Below are positions 1 through 13,400 of a stretch of DNA of 64,000 nucleotides, one piece after another. Every line of letters starts with the position of its first letter. Positions within the stretch are counted from its first letter, which is position 1. Origin of the DNA: Azolla caroliniana (taxonomy: Eukaryota; Plantae; Polypodiophyta); assembly GCA_043228905.1 (NCBI GenBank), contig JBHGNT010000011.1:19964001-20028000 (forward strand), read 5' to 3'. The position numbers were made by a program, and so were the translations under genes. Under the pieces are notes generated by a model. That model made no database searches, was not told the DNA's origin, and saw only the letters and a program-made list of their open reading frames with translations.

Positions 1-76
1 CTTCTGCATCACCATCATCAAAGCTAACTGTAGCGGTACTTATAGCAGTGATCCTTCCATTCGCCTCCTCTTCCTG
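1..76 (-). CDS. Probable second exon of the same gene, running off the window (QEEEANGRITAISTATVSFDDGDAE...)
   Basis: CAG/CAG tandem acceptor at 79-74. The frame is open to position 1 and in phase with exon 330-386. Confidence 0.4.
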
Positions 77-329
77 CTGAGCAATCCAATCCAATGTTTA
101 TTTTTAGTTGTTGAGATTAAACCGTAAGAAAGAAGGAGGCATTCTCCTCTTTTCTTTGAATCTTTTTTTGTTTGGTTTTTAAGACTTCTTTATGAGCCAA
201 CTGTTTGTAACACCTCTAAAATATGGCGACAAGAATGGCGGATTGAGCAGATGATTTTAATTATGAAGAGAAAAGGAGGGGCGTGTGTGGACCATAACAT
301 AAAAAGGTTTAGGGATTCATGCAGCCTAC

Positions 330-386
330 CATTGTGAGGAGGGTGTGCGGCTGCGGCTGCGGCTGCTGCATCTGCATGGTGGGCAT
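330..386 (-). CDS. Probable first coding exon of a host gene (MPTMQMQQPQPQPHTLLTM)
   Basis: ATG at 386-384, 19 open codons, then a phase-0 GTAGGC donor at 329. Upstream (421-570) is pyrimidine-rich on the minus strand, like a plant 5'UTR. Product not recognised. Confidence 0.45.
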
Positions 387-743
387 TCTTGGCAGGACCG
401 ATCCTTTCTTTCTTTAGTGATGGATGAAAAAGAAGAAGAAAAAAAGGGCTAATTGAAAGAAAAAAAAAAAAATAGGAAAGGAAAGGGAGGAGAAGGAAGA
501 ATGAATGAATGAGAGGGAGGGGAAGAATGGAAGGAAAGGAAAAAAGGAGATTGGATTTGGATTGGATTGGAATTATTAGTTTAGGATTGGATTTGGAGGC
601 TGTCTGTGGTTTTTGAGGAGGAGAAAGAGTTGTATGTGTCCACTGAACTCATTCCCATTAATATATATACATATATCATATGTATGTATTTCAGTTCATT
701 TAAAGAAGCAGAAAGAAGCAGGAGGAGGAGACACAGGCGATTT

Positions 744-746
<3 letters not shown>

Positions 747-806
<60 letters not shown>
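747..806. repeat. (CT)n/(GA)n microsatellite upstream of the minus-strand gene
   Basis: About 30 uninterrupted CT units. Confidence 0.95.
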
Positions 807-810
<4 letters not shown>

Positions 811-1176
811 CCTTTTTCCTGCTCTTGGCTCGTGTTCTTTTACGTTGGATTGTGTCGTAAAGCGTGGAAAGCCGCAAAGTGAAAAAGAAAAATCAATGGA
901 ATGGATGGATAGATTTGATGATGCAGAATACTACATTACATATGTATGTATGTCCCCTTCCTCCCCTCCTCATGTGCCTCGGCCAATTATGTAAATAATT
1001 CTCCAAACTATTCATTTTCCCACTCCTATCCATCCATCCATGGATCGATGTATCTAGATTCTATCTATAATTAGCTCTTTCTTACTACCCACACACCAAG
1101 CTCCTATTAGCCACACATCCTCCACACATGAATGAATGAGTGAGTGAGTGTGTACATAATATATCTACGGATCCAC

Positions 1177-1198
1177 ACCCCCCCCCCCCCCCCCCCCC
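1177..1198. repeat. Poly-C run followed by a short poly-A
   Basis: Direct reading. Confidence 0.9.
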
Positions 1199-4100
1199 AA
1201 AAAAAAATGCATCTAGGATGATGGATGAATCCGTAGCCCCACCACCATCCATTCCGTCCGAATATGTAGCCCTCCCCACACTTACTCGTATCTTCCTAAC
1301 CCCAAATCGTTAGTCAAGTCATATGTTGCGTGAACCAACATAATGTCTACCTTCGGTCTCTCATTTCCATATATATTCTAATCATATATGAATGATTGTA
1401 AAGCTCATGATAGCATCCATCACCCATCCATCCGCGAGCACAAACCGTGTATATATGTACATACTATATATTCGCACAATGCTTTGAGCATGTATATACG
1501 ACCTCGTCCATGTCAACGTACGCAAGGATATGGCGCTCCCCCCTCCCCTTCTTCCTTTTTGTGGGTCCTTGGGGATGGGGTAATGGTGGGGAAGTGTGCA
1601 ATATATTATCACCTCGTTTTCTTTCTCCCACAGGTCATCGTGACTTTATTAATACCTTCTCAGCACATCTGTTCCTACGACTTTCCTTTTTTTCTTTCTC
1701 ATCGTATCATTGTAGTACGTTTCGTAACATGACCATCACCAATTCCATTAAACCCCGTGTGAAAGTTGTTAACGATCACATGGACTCTATACCTTATTCC
1801 CCCCTAAAATGCATTGTGTGCATTTACTGTGTGCTTTAAATACGAAAGAACCATGTCTTCACTTCACAATCAATTCGTAGTGTACCTATCCCCCGAACTT
1901 TCATTCAATTAAATTTCTCGTTTCCATGACAAGGCACATACATGATAGAGTTCAAAAACTAGTCTATAAGTCAAATTGTTACCTCTTAATGTTTTTGGTT
2001 CATCCTTGAGTGCAAAACCCCAACAATCTTCTCACGATATAATGCAACCAACTATTAATGAATGTATCAATGTAAGCTATCAACTTTGCTTACAAATATT
2101 GTCAAGTTGGATCCTCCTTGATTATCTTAAACAATGAATTTCTTTTATGCTTAATAGTAATAAACTGCCTACAAAAGAAACGCGCGAGTTTATATAAAGC
2201 ACAAATAGTTGTTTGTTAGAGACTCAACATAATTTATCTCCCTTCTTGTTTGTGAGGATAGAGCCATGTGCCAATTACCTAGGGACCTCTGCGTGCAACC
2301 AAAGCTGATGTCAACATGAAAAACAATTATTGCCCCCTCTTGTTGGCAATAACAATGTGCCAAATTTGAGATTCGGCACGATGAATCATGTTAGATCCAA
2401 CAAGAAAAAAAGGTTAGGAACATTGGGTTAAGATGGAGAAAATATGAAAAGAATATTTAAAAAATCATGTGAGAGAACCTCTCCTCGTTCTTTGTAATCA
2501 TGTCCTATTTTAACTAATCCAGATATACATATGGGAGGGCTTCTTTGAAGGAATATAATACTAGCATACCAACATATATAGTTTAAAGTACATCTCAATT
2601 GCATGTATACTCTTTATTAGAACAAAACATTAGAACATCATGCGAATACTCTTTTGTTGAGTTCCCATACTTTGAAATGCTAGACGAAAGTTGAAATCTC
2701 CGTAAGCACAATAAATAAGATAATTGATTCATTCCTAATTCATCTCCAAGTGAAAGTGTTATGTTTTTGAGAATTTTGGGTGTTTACAACACCATAGTGC
2801 ATATTTGTATCATAAGTTACATCTATAAAGAGCAAACAAAATTGCATTTCTAAATTTGAAAGAAAATCTCAATTAGTTATATAACATCCACAAGAAAGTA
2901 TTTGGGTAGTGAAGAATAGTGCACAAAACGTCATATTTGGTTTCCACTACAAGCTCTTTGATACTTGCAACTCGTTGATGCTTATAATATGCTCATGTCC
3001 ACGATTAAGGTATTCTAGAAAGCTCTATACGCATTGTATCATAAATATATGGGTGACAGGGTTTACAACTTACTTGACACACTATTCCATTCCAAATGAT
3101 TGAACAACCCTGTTTTGAATAATGTAAATATCTAAATTGAACCATGTCTTATAAATAGAATCATAACTCCAATTTGGCTATATTTTGGGACGACAAAAAC
3201 AAGAACTTGTAACACCGATATTGTTACGATCACAATAATTAAAAGAACTCCCAAGCTTTTCTGTTTTCGTACACGTCTTTGCATGCACACATAGACAAGA
3301 TAGTGACTTGAGAACATGCATGCATCATGATATTGCAATATTCATATACAAAGGAACAAAGCATTGAACTTTCAACAATTGTATCTAGTTGTCATTATCC
3401 CGTTGGGTCTAATGAATTATTATTAACGTTTCCCTATTGACATCATGAATAATGATCTTTGCAACTTGTAGTGTCTTCTCTTTTTTGCCATATGTGTGTA
3501 ATGTGTCCCCAAGATGCTAATGTCATGTAGAATGTGTCTTAAAACAGTCTAGAGTCCCAACTCATGTTATCATTACATATTATTATCTGGACAAAATGCT
3601 AAAGTATGGAGGAAAAAGCTCCTTGCAAGTGGATAAAGTAATGGGCCCATTTAAAAGTGACCATCAAAACTTCTTACATTGGTTATTGATTAAAATGTAT
3701 TGCCATCTTTCTATTACCTTTCAAAGCAATATAATAAAAATAAAGTATTCTCAACTTGCAGTAGCTTCCATGATCATCAGAAGTGTGGTAATTTCTCCCT
3801 CGATAAACTTTGAAGCAACTTGGGGGTCTGCACCGGGTCTCGACCACCCTAAGCTACAAGTTATTTACAAATTCTTAGAGAGACAACATCATACAAAACT
3901 AATGACGCCGAATTGTAGGATACGTTAGTTATGTTACATTTGTATGCTTAAAACATACCCATAGTTTGTTTAGGTCTACCTCAAGGTGAAAAAAGGTTCC
4001 CCATATGATCTTTTAAATAAATGAAAACAAAAGTATGAAAGAGTGTAGGTTTAATCATGATAATAATTGGTGAGAGGCTCTATTAAAATCCTATGAACAA

Positions 4101-7100
4101 GTGACACCTTTGATAAGATGTTACAAGGAATCCTCTATAGTTGAGTCTGAGTGGATAACTATTTTCATTCTCACTATATACCCTAATTTGAGTCATCAAT
4201 ATCGACATATATATGTATGTACGTATTGGTGGATTTTATTTGTAAATAGATAATGGTGATTCGTGTTTAGCACATCATATTTTCCTCCTTGTGCCTAGAT
4301 AAAAAAACGATTAAATGCACGTAGGACGAGGGCAGGATTCCAAGGATGGGCCAAATCTGGGTTTGAATAAGGTTATGGAGGATTATTAAAGGGTGTGACA
4401 TCTAAGTGCATGTGTAACCATTTTTACATCCACCATGACTAATGAGTTTCTTGTTGTGGGACTCTCATGGTTGACATTTTGAGATGAGCCCATTAAGGAA
4501 TCATGGATCTAAGACCATTCCAAGGTGACCCTTTCCCATGTAAATCTATTTGAGCTTGCCAACTTTTGATAATGATTTGAAGCGTACCAAATAAGAGTTA
4601 AAATATGAGCGTGAGGGTTGAACCATAATGTAAAAGTTGGCAATCTAGAAACGGAGAGTGCATGGAAGATGGGGGGAGGGGGGCCACAACGACTCAAATA
4701 TGGAGAAAAACGAGTTTTGAAATATGCCAATTTCTATGACAAAACTAAATATATCTTAGCAGTATTTCAGTCAAAATATGTTGGTGGTATATTCCTCATG
4801 TCAATGTAATCAAATTGCATTAACAATGGCAACTAAATGTGCCATTTGGACCTACAATACGTTACTTGAAGCCTTTGCCTGTTGGAACATCGATATCTAG
4901 GCTACAATGTTAAAAGAAATAAGTATTGTGATAATTACGATAATGTTAAAAGCCTAATGCCAAATCAATCTCTTCGGTTCAATTCAGGCTATATCATTCT
5001 AAAAGTCATCAACCTTTTACCTCAATGTGAATGGGCACCTCATGATGTGAGACTTTTTGCGAAATATAATCATTTTTAATTTGTTTCCATCGATGTAGGA
5101 CATTGATGACTGCATGGCACTAAACTAAGCCACGCCCCATGTTATTCTTTGGAATGCCATGGGATTGACTTAATAGCAAGCAAAAAATTATGAAATAACC
5201 ACGTTTCTCCAAATGCCTATGGTTTTCAATGCCTTATCAACCATTTATGTATATGGTCAATACATACCCTTTTTCTCTCTACAGTGGTCATCTATGGAAA
5301 TAATAAAACTTTAGAGGAACTTTCATGTGTAATTTGGAGATTTTTCTTATAATATATGGCAAGCTAATTATGAGGAGATTTGAAGGGAAGTATCTGTGCC
5401 AAGGTGGGTTTGACTTATAACTATTTGTAAGGTAATTGGCAATGTGATGCATGTGTCACACAATCTCCTAGATGGGAGGAAAAGTGGAATGAGTGGTGAA
5501 GAAATGTAGATTATGGGTGTGGTGTGTGGAGTAAGTTAGTCACAAGGTAACCAACTTGTGAATATAAGATACCAAAGTAAGGAGTTGCCCTTGTTTTGAT
5601 AACGTTTTGAGCCTAATGGCAAGAGCTTTTAAGGCCCTTTTTAGCTACAAACAATGAAGATATATTTGTTTGTGCATTGACTCTCGATGATGTTACGGAA
5701 TCATGAGACGAATAATAGATAAATGTGCCAATAGCCCTCTTATAAGGTGGGAAAAAGAGTATAAATAAATTGGGTACCAAAATGTATGTGGGAGGAGTGA
5801 CCTAGGGAAAGTTTGTACCTTTTAAAAAGTTCTTGAATTTAATGAGGAGCTTATGTGGAGAGGGAGGGATGGAGGAGCACGTTAGGGAAATCGTGGCAAG
5901 TGGACAAATAAATCAATAAGAGCAGGTAGAAGTACTTATTTTGGCAACTTGGTGACATTTTTTACACAATTATATACACACACACATATATGCATGTGTG
6001 TGTAAACAATGTCCTCCCTCCCCCCCCTCCCCCCCCCACTTTTGTGTTCAGATGTTGGTTGTTTCCACTTGTTTGATCATGACATCCATTTATCCTCTGT
6101 TATGGGCAGGAGGGTATTTGTTTCTCAAAAGGCACAAGTGGCCTCTTCCTATCAATAAATAAAGTGGTAAATCCTCTCTCCTTCAACCTTTTAAAATCCA
6201 TGTGCATCCTCGTCATTGCCTATGTGTTCACCCCATAATACACTTCTCTTTTTTACCAAACATTCATTTGGTGTCATTCTTGTTGTAAGGTGCAACTGTG
6301 GAGTGAGGCTTGTCGCTCAACTAACTAATTGCATGTATATGTGGGTTCAGTTCATCAATTGTCTTACTTTTTATTGGTGCATGTATTGATTTTTGCTCTC
6401 GTAACTTGATTTACTTGTTGTAGGTGCATGTGTCATAATTGGCTCCTTGCTTGCCTCCAAGTTACCAACCCATATAACCTCAAATACTCGTGCTAAGATA
6501 TGTTTATTTATTTTCTTAACTAATTTTCAATTCTATCTTTCTCTCTCTCATGGAATTTAACTAATCACCTCACAAAATTGTGAACGATCAATGTATCTAT
6601 CATATTGATTACCTTCCAAATTTGAAATAGCCTTGCTAACTATCACTGCCTTTTAGACTTCATTAATTCATTCCAACTCTAATAAGAAGACAACTTTGAA
6701 TGTCAATGCTTTTATAGCTCAATATCTAATCGTACCATGGAGAATCAATATTTTCATGAGGAATTTATATGAGTCATTTCACTTGAGGATGGACAGAATG
6801 TAAGTAAATACTATGTGAAATCAGTCCTCTCCAATTTCTTTCAAACCAAAGAATGTTATGATCACTCTATCTCTCTATTATTCAACACAAAGTTTGTCAC
6901 TCTCTTGGTAGTTTGGACTCTATACCACTTGAAGCATTTAAGACCCTCGTAAATTTCAATATATTAACCATAGAATAACGATCTACAATATAATAAATTA
7001 CTCGAGTGATATTTCGCCCCTAACTAGAACTCGTATGCTGATGTTGCAAAATTAGTGAGTTCAAACCTCCTCTTTGCTTCACCTAAATTCATGTTCATAA

Positions 7101-7437
7101 AAACTCTATTTTGTTGTGGCATCGAGGTTCCCTAAATAACTAGGAGAGGCACTATTTCAAATATTTGATTCTCTTTCTAATGTTTGTGAAATCATGGTTC
7201 ATGTTTTGTTTCACTCCTTCATTAGGGTTTTTTCACCTTTTGCTCACAATATTACTTCACCAATCACTCAATAGTATTTAGTCTTGCAAGGTAATGCTTG
7301 CTTATTTATATGGAGTGTGTGATTCATGCTACTCGAGATAGAGCATGAGCCAAAGTAGTGTAACTTTGGTTCAATTTATGTGATACAAATGTGCAATGTA
7401 ACTGACAACACCTCTCGCAAGTTGATATACATGGACT

Positions 7438-7440
<3 letters not shown>

Positions 7441-7478
<38 letters not shown>
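7441..7478. repeat. (GA)n microsatellite
   Basis: Direct reading. Confidence 0.9.
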
Positions 7479-7481
<3 letters not shown>

Positions 7482-7843
7482 ACCGATGCCTCATTTTCAA
7501 ATTATTTTTGAGTTCTTGAGGTATTGGGGGCTATGGTTCAATTGGAATATGCGGAATGCTTTCATTTTTTATTTGCAAGTTGGGGTGAGAAAATATGTTC
7601 TAAAGTTAAAGGACTTCTTTTGTGGCAATTGACAGTGCTAGAGAAGTCACGAAATCTTAACCAAGAAGAGAGAGAACTCTGCAAGGTCACATATCATCAT
7701 ACTCGCCATTTGAATTGGTGTGTAGGGTGGCATTGAGTTTGGTGTCGTAGTATTCTTTAGATCGCTAGATAGAAGGGTTCTATACTTTGTAGTATGTTAG
7801 TCATGGTGGTGTTTTTTGTTTCGTAATGAAAGCCATTATTTAC

Positions 7844-7846
<3 letters not shown>

Positions 7847-7874
<28 letters not shown>
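7847..7874. repeat. (GA)n microsatellite
   Basis: Direct reading. Confidence 0.9.
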
Positions 7875-7879
<5 letters not shown>

Positions 7880-8251
7880 TAACGTCCACAAGAGTATGAT
7901 TACAATGTGTGGCATGGGGTTGAGCCCATAGTGAGGGTGAGGAGTTCTCTAAATTACTTTCATAGTGTAAACCACTAGAGAGATGCAGAAAGAATAAGTA
8001 TATTTTTAATCTCCATGGAAAAGAGAGACATGATGTTTTTTTAAATATTCACAAGAGAGAGAGGGAGAGCTTGATCATTGGTGAAGGTATCATAGGTTAG
8101 GATGGTAGTGTCAAGTGTTGTACACATAATGACTATTTCATCTTCCATTCCATGTGAAAGTATTTTCTTTGGTAGGAAATGGTGGGGAGAAAGAAAGAAA
8201 GAAAGAAATATTAACATATTCTAAATGGCTAAAGCTTATTAAAATGGCCTA

Positions 8252-8649
8252 TAAGTAACAATCGGCATGTTGAAACCTAAACCAAACCACGAAACCGTTA
8301 AACCAAACCATTAAAATAAATTCAAACCGTTAAGCCATTAAACTGGTAATACCGCGGTTTCGTGGTTCAGTTTCGGTTTTCAGCTTAGGTCAATTTTTTT
8401 AATTTTTACAAAATTCATTATTTAAAATTTTTAAATTTAGAATATTTTCCCAAAATGTGAGAATGAGGCATGAAAATGAAAAGATGATTTAAAAACAAAA
8501 TTTTAAACTTTTTTTAAATTAAAAAAAACTGTTTAAACTACGGTTTTGAACTGTTGAAACTGAACTGAACCGTTTAAACCATTAAGCTGTTAAGTTGCGG
8601 TTTCGCGATTCAGTTCGGTTCAAACCGAACTGTTGCCGATTGTTACCTA
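8252..8649. mobile_element. Non-autonomous TIR DNA transposon (MITE-like), ~400 bp
   Basis: 16-bp TIRs TAAGTAACAATCGGCA / TGCCGATTGTTACCTA (1 mismatch), TA on both flanks, subterminal AAACC(G) repeats in both orientations and an AT-rich core. Confidence 0.75.
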
Positions 8650-9290
8650 TAAGGCTAAACGAGAAATTGCATCTTAAGAGTTGTCTCGTCTTTGAGAGCA
8701 ACAAACCAAAATAAATGTTATTAAGTAGAAACAAAAAGTTAAATAAGATAATAAGTGACTAAAGAATCGTGTTATGGGTACAAGTAAGGTTCTCAAGTTA
8801 GATAGATTGTAATGTTTGTATTCAAAAAGGTCTCGAGCATAGGCTCCAAAGCGAGTGAAGCACTTGTAGTGGTGGGAGATAATGGCCTTCATGTGTCCAT
8901 GACAACGGTGGTGAGATTGTGGTCCATGAGGTCGGCACCTACATGTGCAAAAAATTGCCATTGCCTTATCTATTGTAACGGTCCTTTTATTATGTCCTTA
9001 TTGGGAGACCATTTGTGTTGCTCTTGATTGACTTGTAGCATGAGTAGGACAAATGGGTCTAATGAAAGTTGTAATTGTTCTTTGTTGATTAGCTAGTGTA
9101 CTTTTGTTGATAGTCTAATAATAACTACAAATGAGTTAACTAGGACTAAATAGATATAGATAGATAGAGAAATAGATAGATAGATATATATTTTTAGCGT
9201 CCATAGAGAGGCCAATATTAACCATGGGACCTAAGTACAAAAGTTATCTCCTTCCAAAGAATGGATATTCATATTTTGAAGCATCGAGTA

Positions 9291-9291
<1 letters not shown>

Positions 9292-9357
<66 letters not shown>
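9292..9357. repeat. Compound (AT)n(AG)n microsatellite
   Basis: Direct reading. Confidence 0.9.
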
Positions 9358-9361
<4 letters not shown>

Positions 9362-11327
9362 ATACTAGAAAGATCTTAAGAGGAGCATCCCCACGAAATT
9401 TGGAGGATCATATGGTTGCTCAAAGATAGAACTCATCCTTAGAGGGAGATAATATGTTATTTCGTGGAGAAAGTTGGTATACAACATGGAAAAACAACAA
9501 TTGTAGCTTCATGATGGTTTGTCATCAACAGTGACCGATTGTGTAAATGCTCAAAATCTATTATATATGGCTCAACAATTAGTGTGCTCTTGGCAAAAGA
9601 GTTTTGAAATGGTCAAAGTGGCAACCATCTAAATGTATAAAAGATATTACCAACATAGGTGTGAGGATGGTGTAGAAAAGTTATTAACCCTTTATTAGCA
9701 TAGGTGATCGCATCCTCATGACTTCCACATTGGGATGGAAAGGAAAATCTCAAGTGTGATTTCAATCATATGGCAAGGCTTGAGTTGGTAATTGTGCAGC
9801 AAATGTTAATTTAGAGTCATGCAAGCATATCGTGCCCTTTAGGACAATGCAGATCAGGCTTTATATAACCATTGGGTATGACTATATTTGGCAACTCGTA
9901 GTTGAAATGCCTATTCCTATGACACCTATTCCAAATTTGGTGCTAGAGGAACTGTGGAATTATTGGTTATTTGATGGTAAGAAACTAGTACTAGTAATTT
10001 CAAAGAAAAATGTGTACAATCTAATGTGGGCATGAAAGTCAAGTCATGAACCCAAGGTCTTGTGTTGATAGTCTAGCTTACAACTAGGGTAAGCTAAGAG
10101 AGAGAGAGATATTAACGTCTTCTAAGTCCAAAATTGGCCCATCAAACAATTGGTGTACAACGAAACATGGTATTTACCCAATCATTAAAAATAAAAATAG
10201 AACTTGAGCTAAAAGAGTTCTAGTATTGTACAAAACGTGTTATGATGTAACATATTCGATAAAGGAAATGACTTTGTACTAGGCCTAGTTTCATTTCCAT
10301 CCAAGCCTCTTGAAAAGAAATGGGAGGTCAAAGGGTTTCGGTGTGGGTGTGACCCATGGTCCCGGTATAGAAGGTCCCCAACCATGGCTTCTAGGCGGTG
10401 TAGGTCACATTCCCTTATTTTCTTAATTGCTTCAAGAACAATAATTTTGGATTGAATCCTTGTTCTCATGTTGAATGAGAGAAATAGGTGGTTCGATGAA
10501 TATTTAGAGGTATACCCACAACTTGTTAATTAGGACACTAACCTCGATGCTCCAAATATACATTGATTGATGATGTAACTTGCCAACATCAAGGGCACCA
10601 ATGCCCTCAATCCTTCAAGTAGGCATGATAGATGATACATAGTGGTGTATTAGACAAAAGACATTACATGCAAGTTGTAGATTATATAGATCCACAAACT
10701 AGTAGAAAACCATCTTATGTCCCATGTCATAGGAGAGCTTGTAGCTAGGGAAGGAGCTATGCATTTGAATAAGTAGAGTTCTATTTTTGTTAAAAAAACT
10801 TGAAGGTGAGAATAAGTTACCACAATAGTGCCTCCAAACATTTCAAGTATCTAGAAGAGTTGTACACCATGTTTGGTATCCCTAGATATATTAAAACATC
10901 CTAATTCTATCTTCCCCACAAGCTCATGGGTAAATCTGACCACTCATGGGAATAGTTAGAATTTAAAATATTCTTAAATTATTATGGATTGGAAACATGC
11001 TTTTATTGGGAAACTTTTGGTGTAGATTTTTAGAGAAAATGTTGTAACTTTCACACCATTATAGCAAAAGGAAATACCTTGGTGTATTGGAATTGGTTCA
11101 TTACCATTCTTTCTAGTGATGCAGTTTTGCAATTATCTACTTAACTTTAGTCTCCTTAATTGAGAAGCATATCTATCACATGCCATTTCTTACAAGGCCC
11201 ATACTTTAGTCTAATTTCTTTCTAATGCATTAACTTCTTTTTTTTCATAAAAAATATCCTCCATTGGTATTAAAATTAAAGTGGCCAAAGACAATATACA
11301 AAATAATCCACTATTACAATGAATATT

Positions 11328-11709
11328 GCATATCCTGTTACCTTTTTCTATATCTATTGAGCTACCACAAGCCTTCAAGATGCATATGAAGGTGATAATG
11401 TCTAGGGAAATGCCCTCATTTTGCATCTGATTGAGCAGGAACTAAAGCTTCATGAACTTCATTATGATTAGTATACCCACAAATGAGCACATTCCAAGAG
11501 ACAATATTTCGATCAGGAAGCCCTTTCAACACTTTCTCTGCTTTTGCTAGTATCCCACATTTGACATATATATCCACCTAGGTGGTACCAAGTACAATAT
11601 CCCCCTCCTGTAATTGCGTACTCATGATTCTCTCATGAATTTGCTCTCCTATGTGCATTGTTTATGTGCTTCTACAAGCCTTCAATGTACAAATGAAGGT
11701 GATTGCACC
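11328..11709 (-). pseudogene. PLS-class pentatricopeptide repeat (PPR) gene fragment
   Basis: Manual translation: AITFICTLKACRST*TMHIGEQIHERIM...DIVLGTT*VDIYVKCGILAKAEKVLKGLPDRNIVSWNVLICGY..., a frameshift, then MQNEGISLDIITFICILKACGS. These are L-S-P-L motifs with two stops and one frameshift. Confidence 0.85.
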
Positions 11710-12021
11710 AAAATGGTGGTTTATTAGGGATTTTAGGCAACATACTTTTAGTGCCATGCCAATTACTTCAAATTTAAAATCCTCAAACAAAGTAGTTTCC
11801 AATTGTTGATAATAAAGCTTAAATGACATACATAGGACATAAAGTCAAGGTTACAACTTAAAGTCAACCCTTTACTTCAAAACCATGGGTTTGATATTCT
11901 TGAACAATGTATTCATGAAGTTCAAGTCTCCATATTTGGATATTTGATTGGTGGAAGGACTAAGGAACAATACAATCCACTAAATGTGGAACTTGGTAAA
12001 TGCCTACATTGGATGGTAAAC

Positions 12022-12203
12022 ATTGCCATTGTTTTTTATAATAGTAATGTCCTTGTAATGACCATGCTTATGTCATGCATACTATAAATATTGCCATCCT
12101 TTTTATAACAAGAGTGTCCTTGGGATGACCATACTTATGTAATGCATGTTATGAAGATTGCCATCCTTTTTATAACAAGAGTGTCCTTGTGATGACCATA
12201 CTT
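12022..12203. repeat. ~67-bp tandem repeat, ~2.7 copies
   Basis: ATTGCCAT...TTTTATAA...TGTCCTTG..ATGACCAT.CTT recurs three times. Confidence 0.85.
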
Positions 12204-13130
12204 CGACATATAAGGTCACCGTGCATTTTTGCCTAATTCTCCCACATGCAATAAATTAACAAGAAGGTGGCCGTTGAATCTACAATGACAGTTATAAATT
12301 GAATTATCGTACAATAACTTTTCCTCGTCTCTTTAAACCTTTTACTATCTAATGCTCTCATAAAGTACGTCCTCTAAATGGTCTTGACTCCTTACTTAAG
12401 GAGATTTCCAACACCTTTTGTATTTTTCATACTCTTAATTCTCATAAGGAAATTTATCCCATAAACTAAATATTGGTCAAATCTCTAGCTTGAATTACCA
12501 ATCTATTTTCCACATCTACACTCACATTAAACTGGCGGAAAACCTTTTCAAGAATGAGATGGAAAGTCTCATGTACCATCATATACAATTCTTATTGACA
12601 CATATACACAAATTTGCACATATTTTTGACACATTAAAGAAGAACATGGTTCTTTAGATTATGAACCTTTTGATGGTACTCCCTAGCCCAAAATTATAGG
12701 GCAAAAGATTTAGAAGGACGAAATTTCTATTGCTTCTACGGATATAAATATGAATGGGGCTATTGGATTGCATACAAGTGAATAGAGAAACATGTTATGT
12801 ATGCTCGTTTAATAATACAATTTGAATCCAACCTAAATTCAGAGAAAGAATGGCACTTGATAACGTCTCTATCCAATAATTGTTGTCCTATAGTACTTTA
12901 AAATTCTGTTTGAATATTTTGCAAATTGTTTAAGTGATTAGTGACAATAAGTTGTTTCTAGATGCATAGTAATTTTCCTTTTCTCTTTGTGCTCCAAAAT
13001 GAATTTTGTCAAGCTAATAACTCTTAGAATTAGTTGCACACAAAGTCATGGGGCCTTTATAAAAAAGGCAATCAAAAACATAATGAAATTAATGATATAG
13101 TGAAAAACGAAATCAACCCGACATGCAAGC

Positions 13131-13400
13131 AATATTTATCAACCTAATATACTATGTGTGATTTATACACTTCCATTTTCTGTTTGGTCTATTTCAAGTA
13201 GTCGTCATGTATTGACTTTTGTACATTATGCTTCTTCATGTCTTTAAGGACAAAATTGTTGCCACAATATTTATCAACCTAAAATACTATGTGTGATTTA
13301 TACACTTCTACTTTCTCTTTGGTCTATTTCAAGTAGTCGTCATGTATTGACTTTTCTACATTATGCTTCTTCATGTCTTTAAGGACAAAATTGGTGCCAC
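13131..13400. repeat. 135-bp tandem duplication (2 copies, few mismatches)
   Basis: 13131-13265 and 13266-13400 both run AATATTTATCAACCTAA...CAAAATTG.TGCCAC. Confidence 0.9.

Noticed and set aside
581-882. ORFs with RERERE or SLSLSL tracts
   Set aside because: Translations of the (CT)n microsatellite.
1382-9027. Scattered 60-130 aa ORFs in AT-rich DNA
   Set aside because: No domain, codon or splice support; consistent with chance.
9400-11150. Coding-like degenerate sequence, also at ~16000-17400
   Set aside because: Probably old TE relics, but no motif could be identified by eye.
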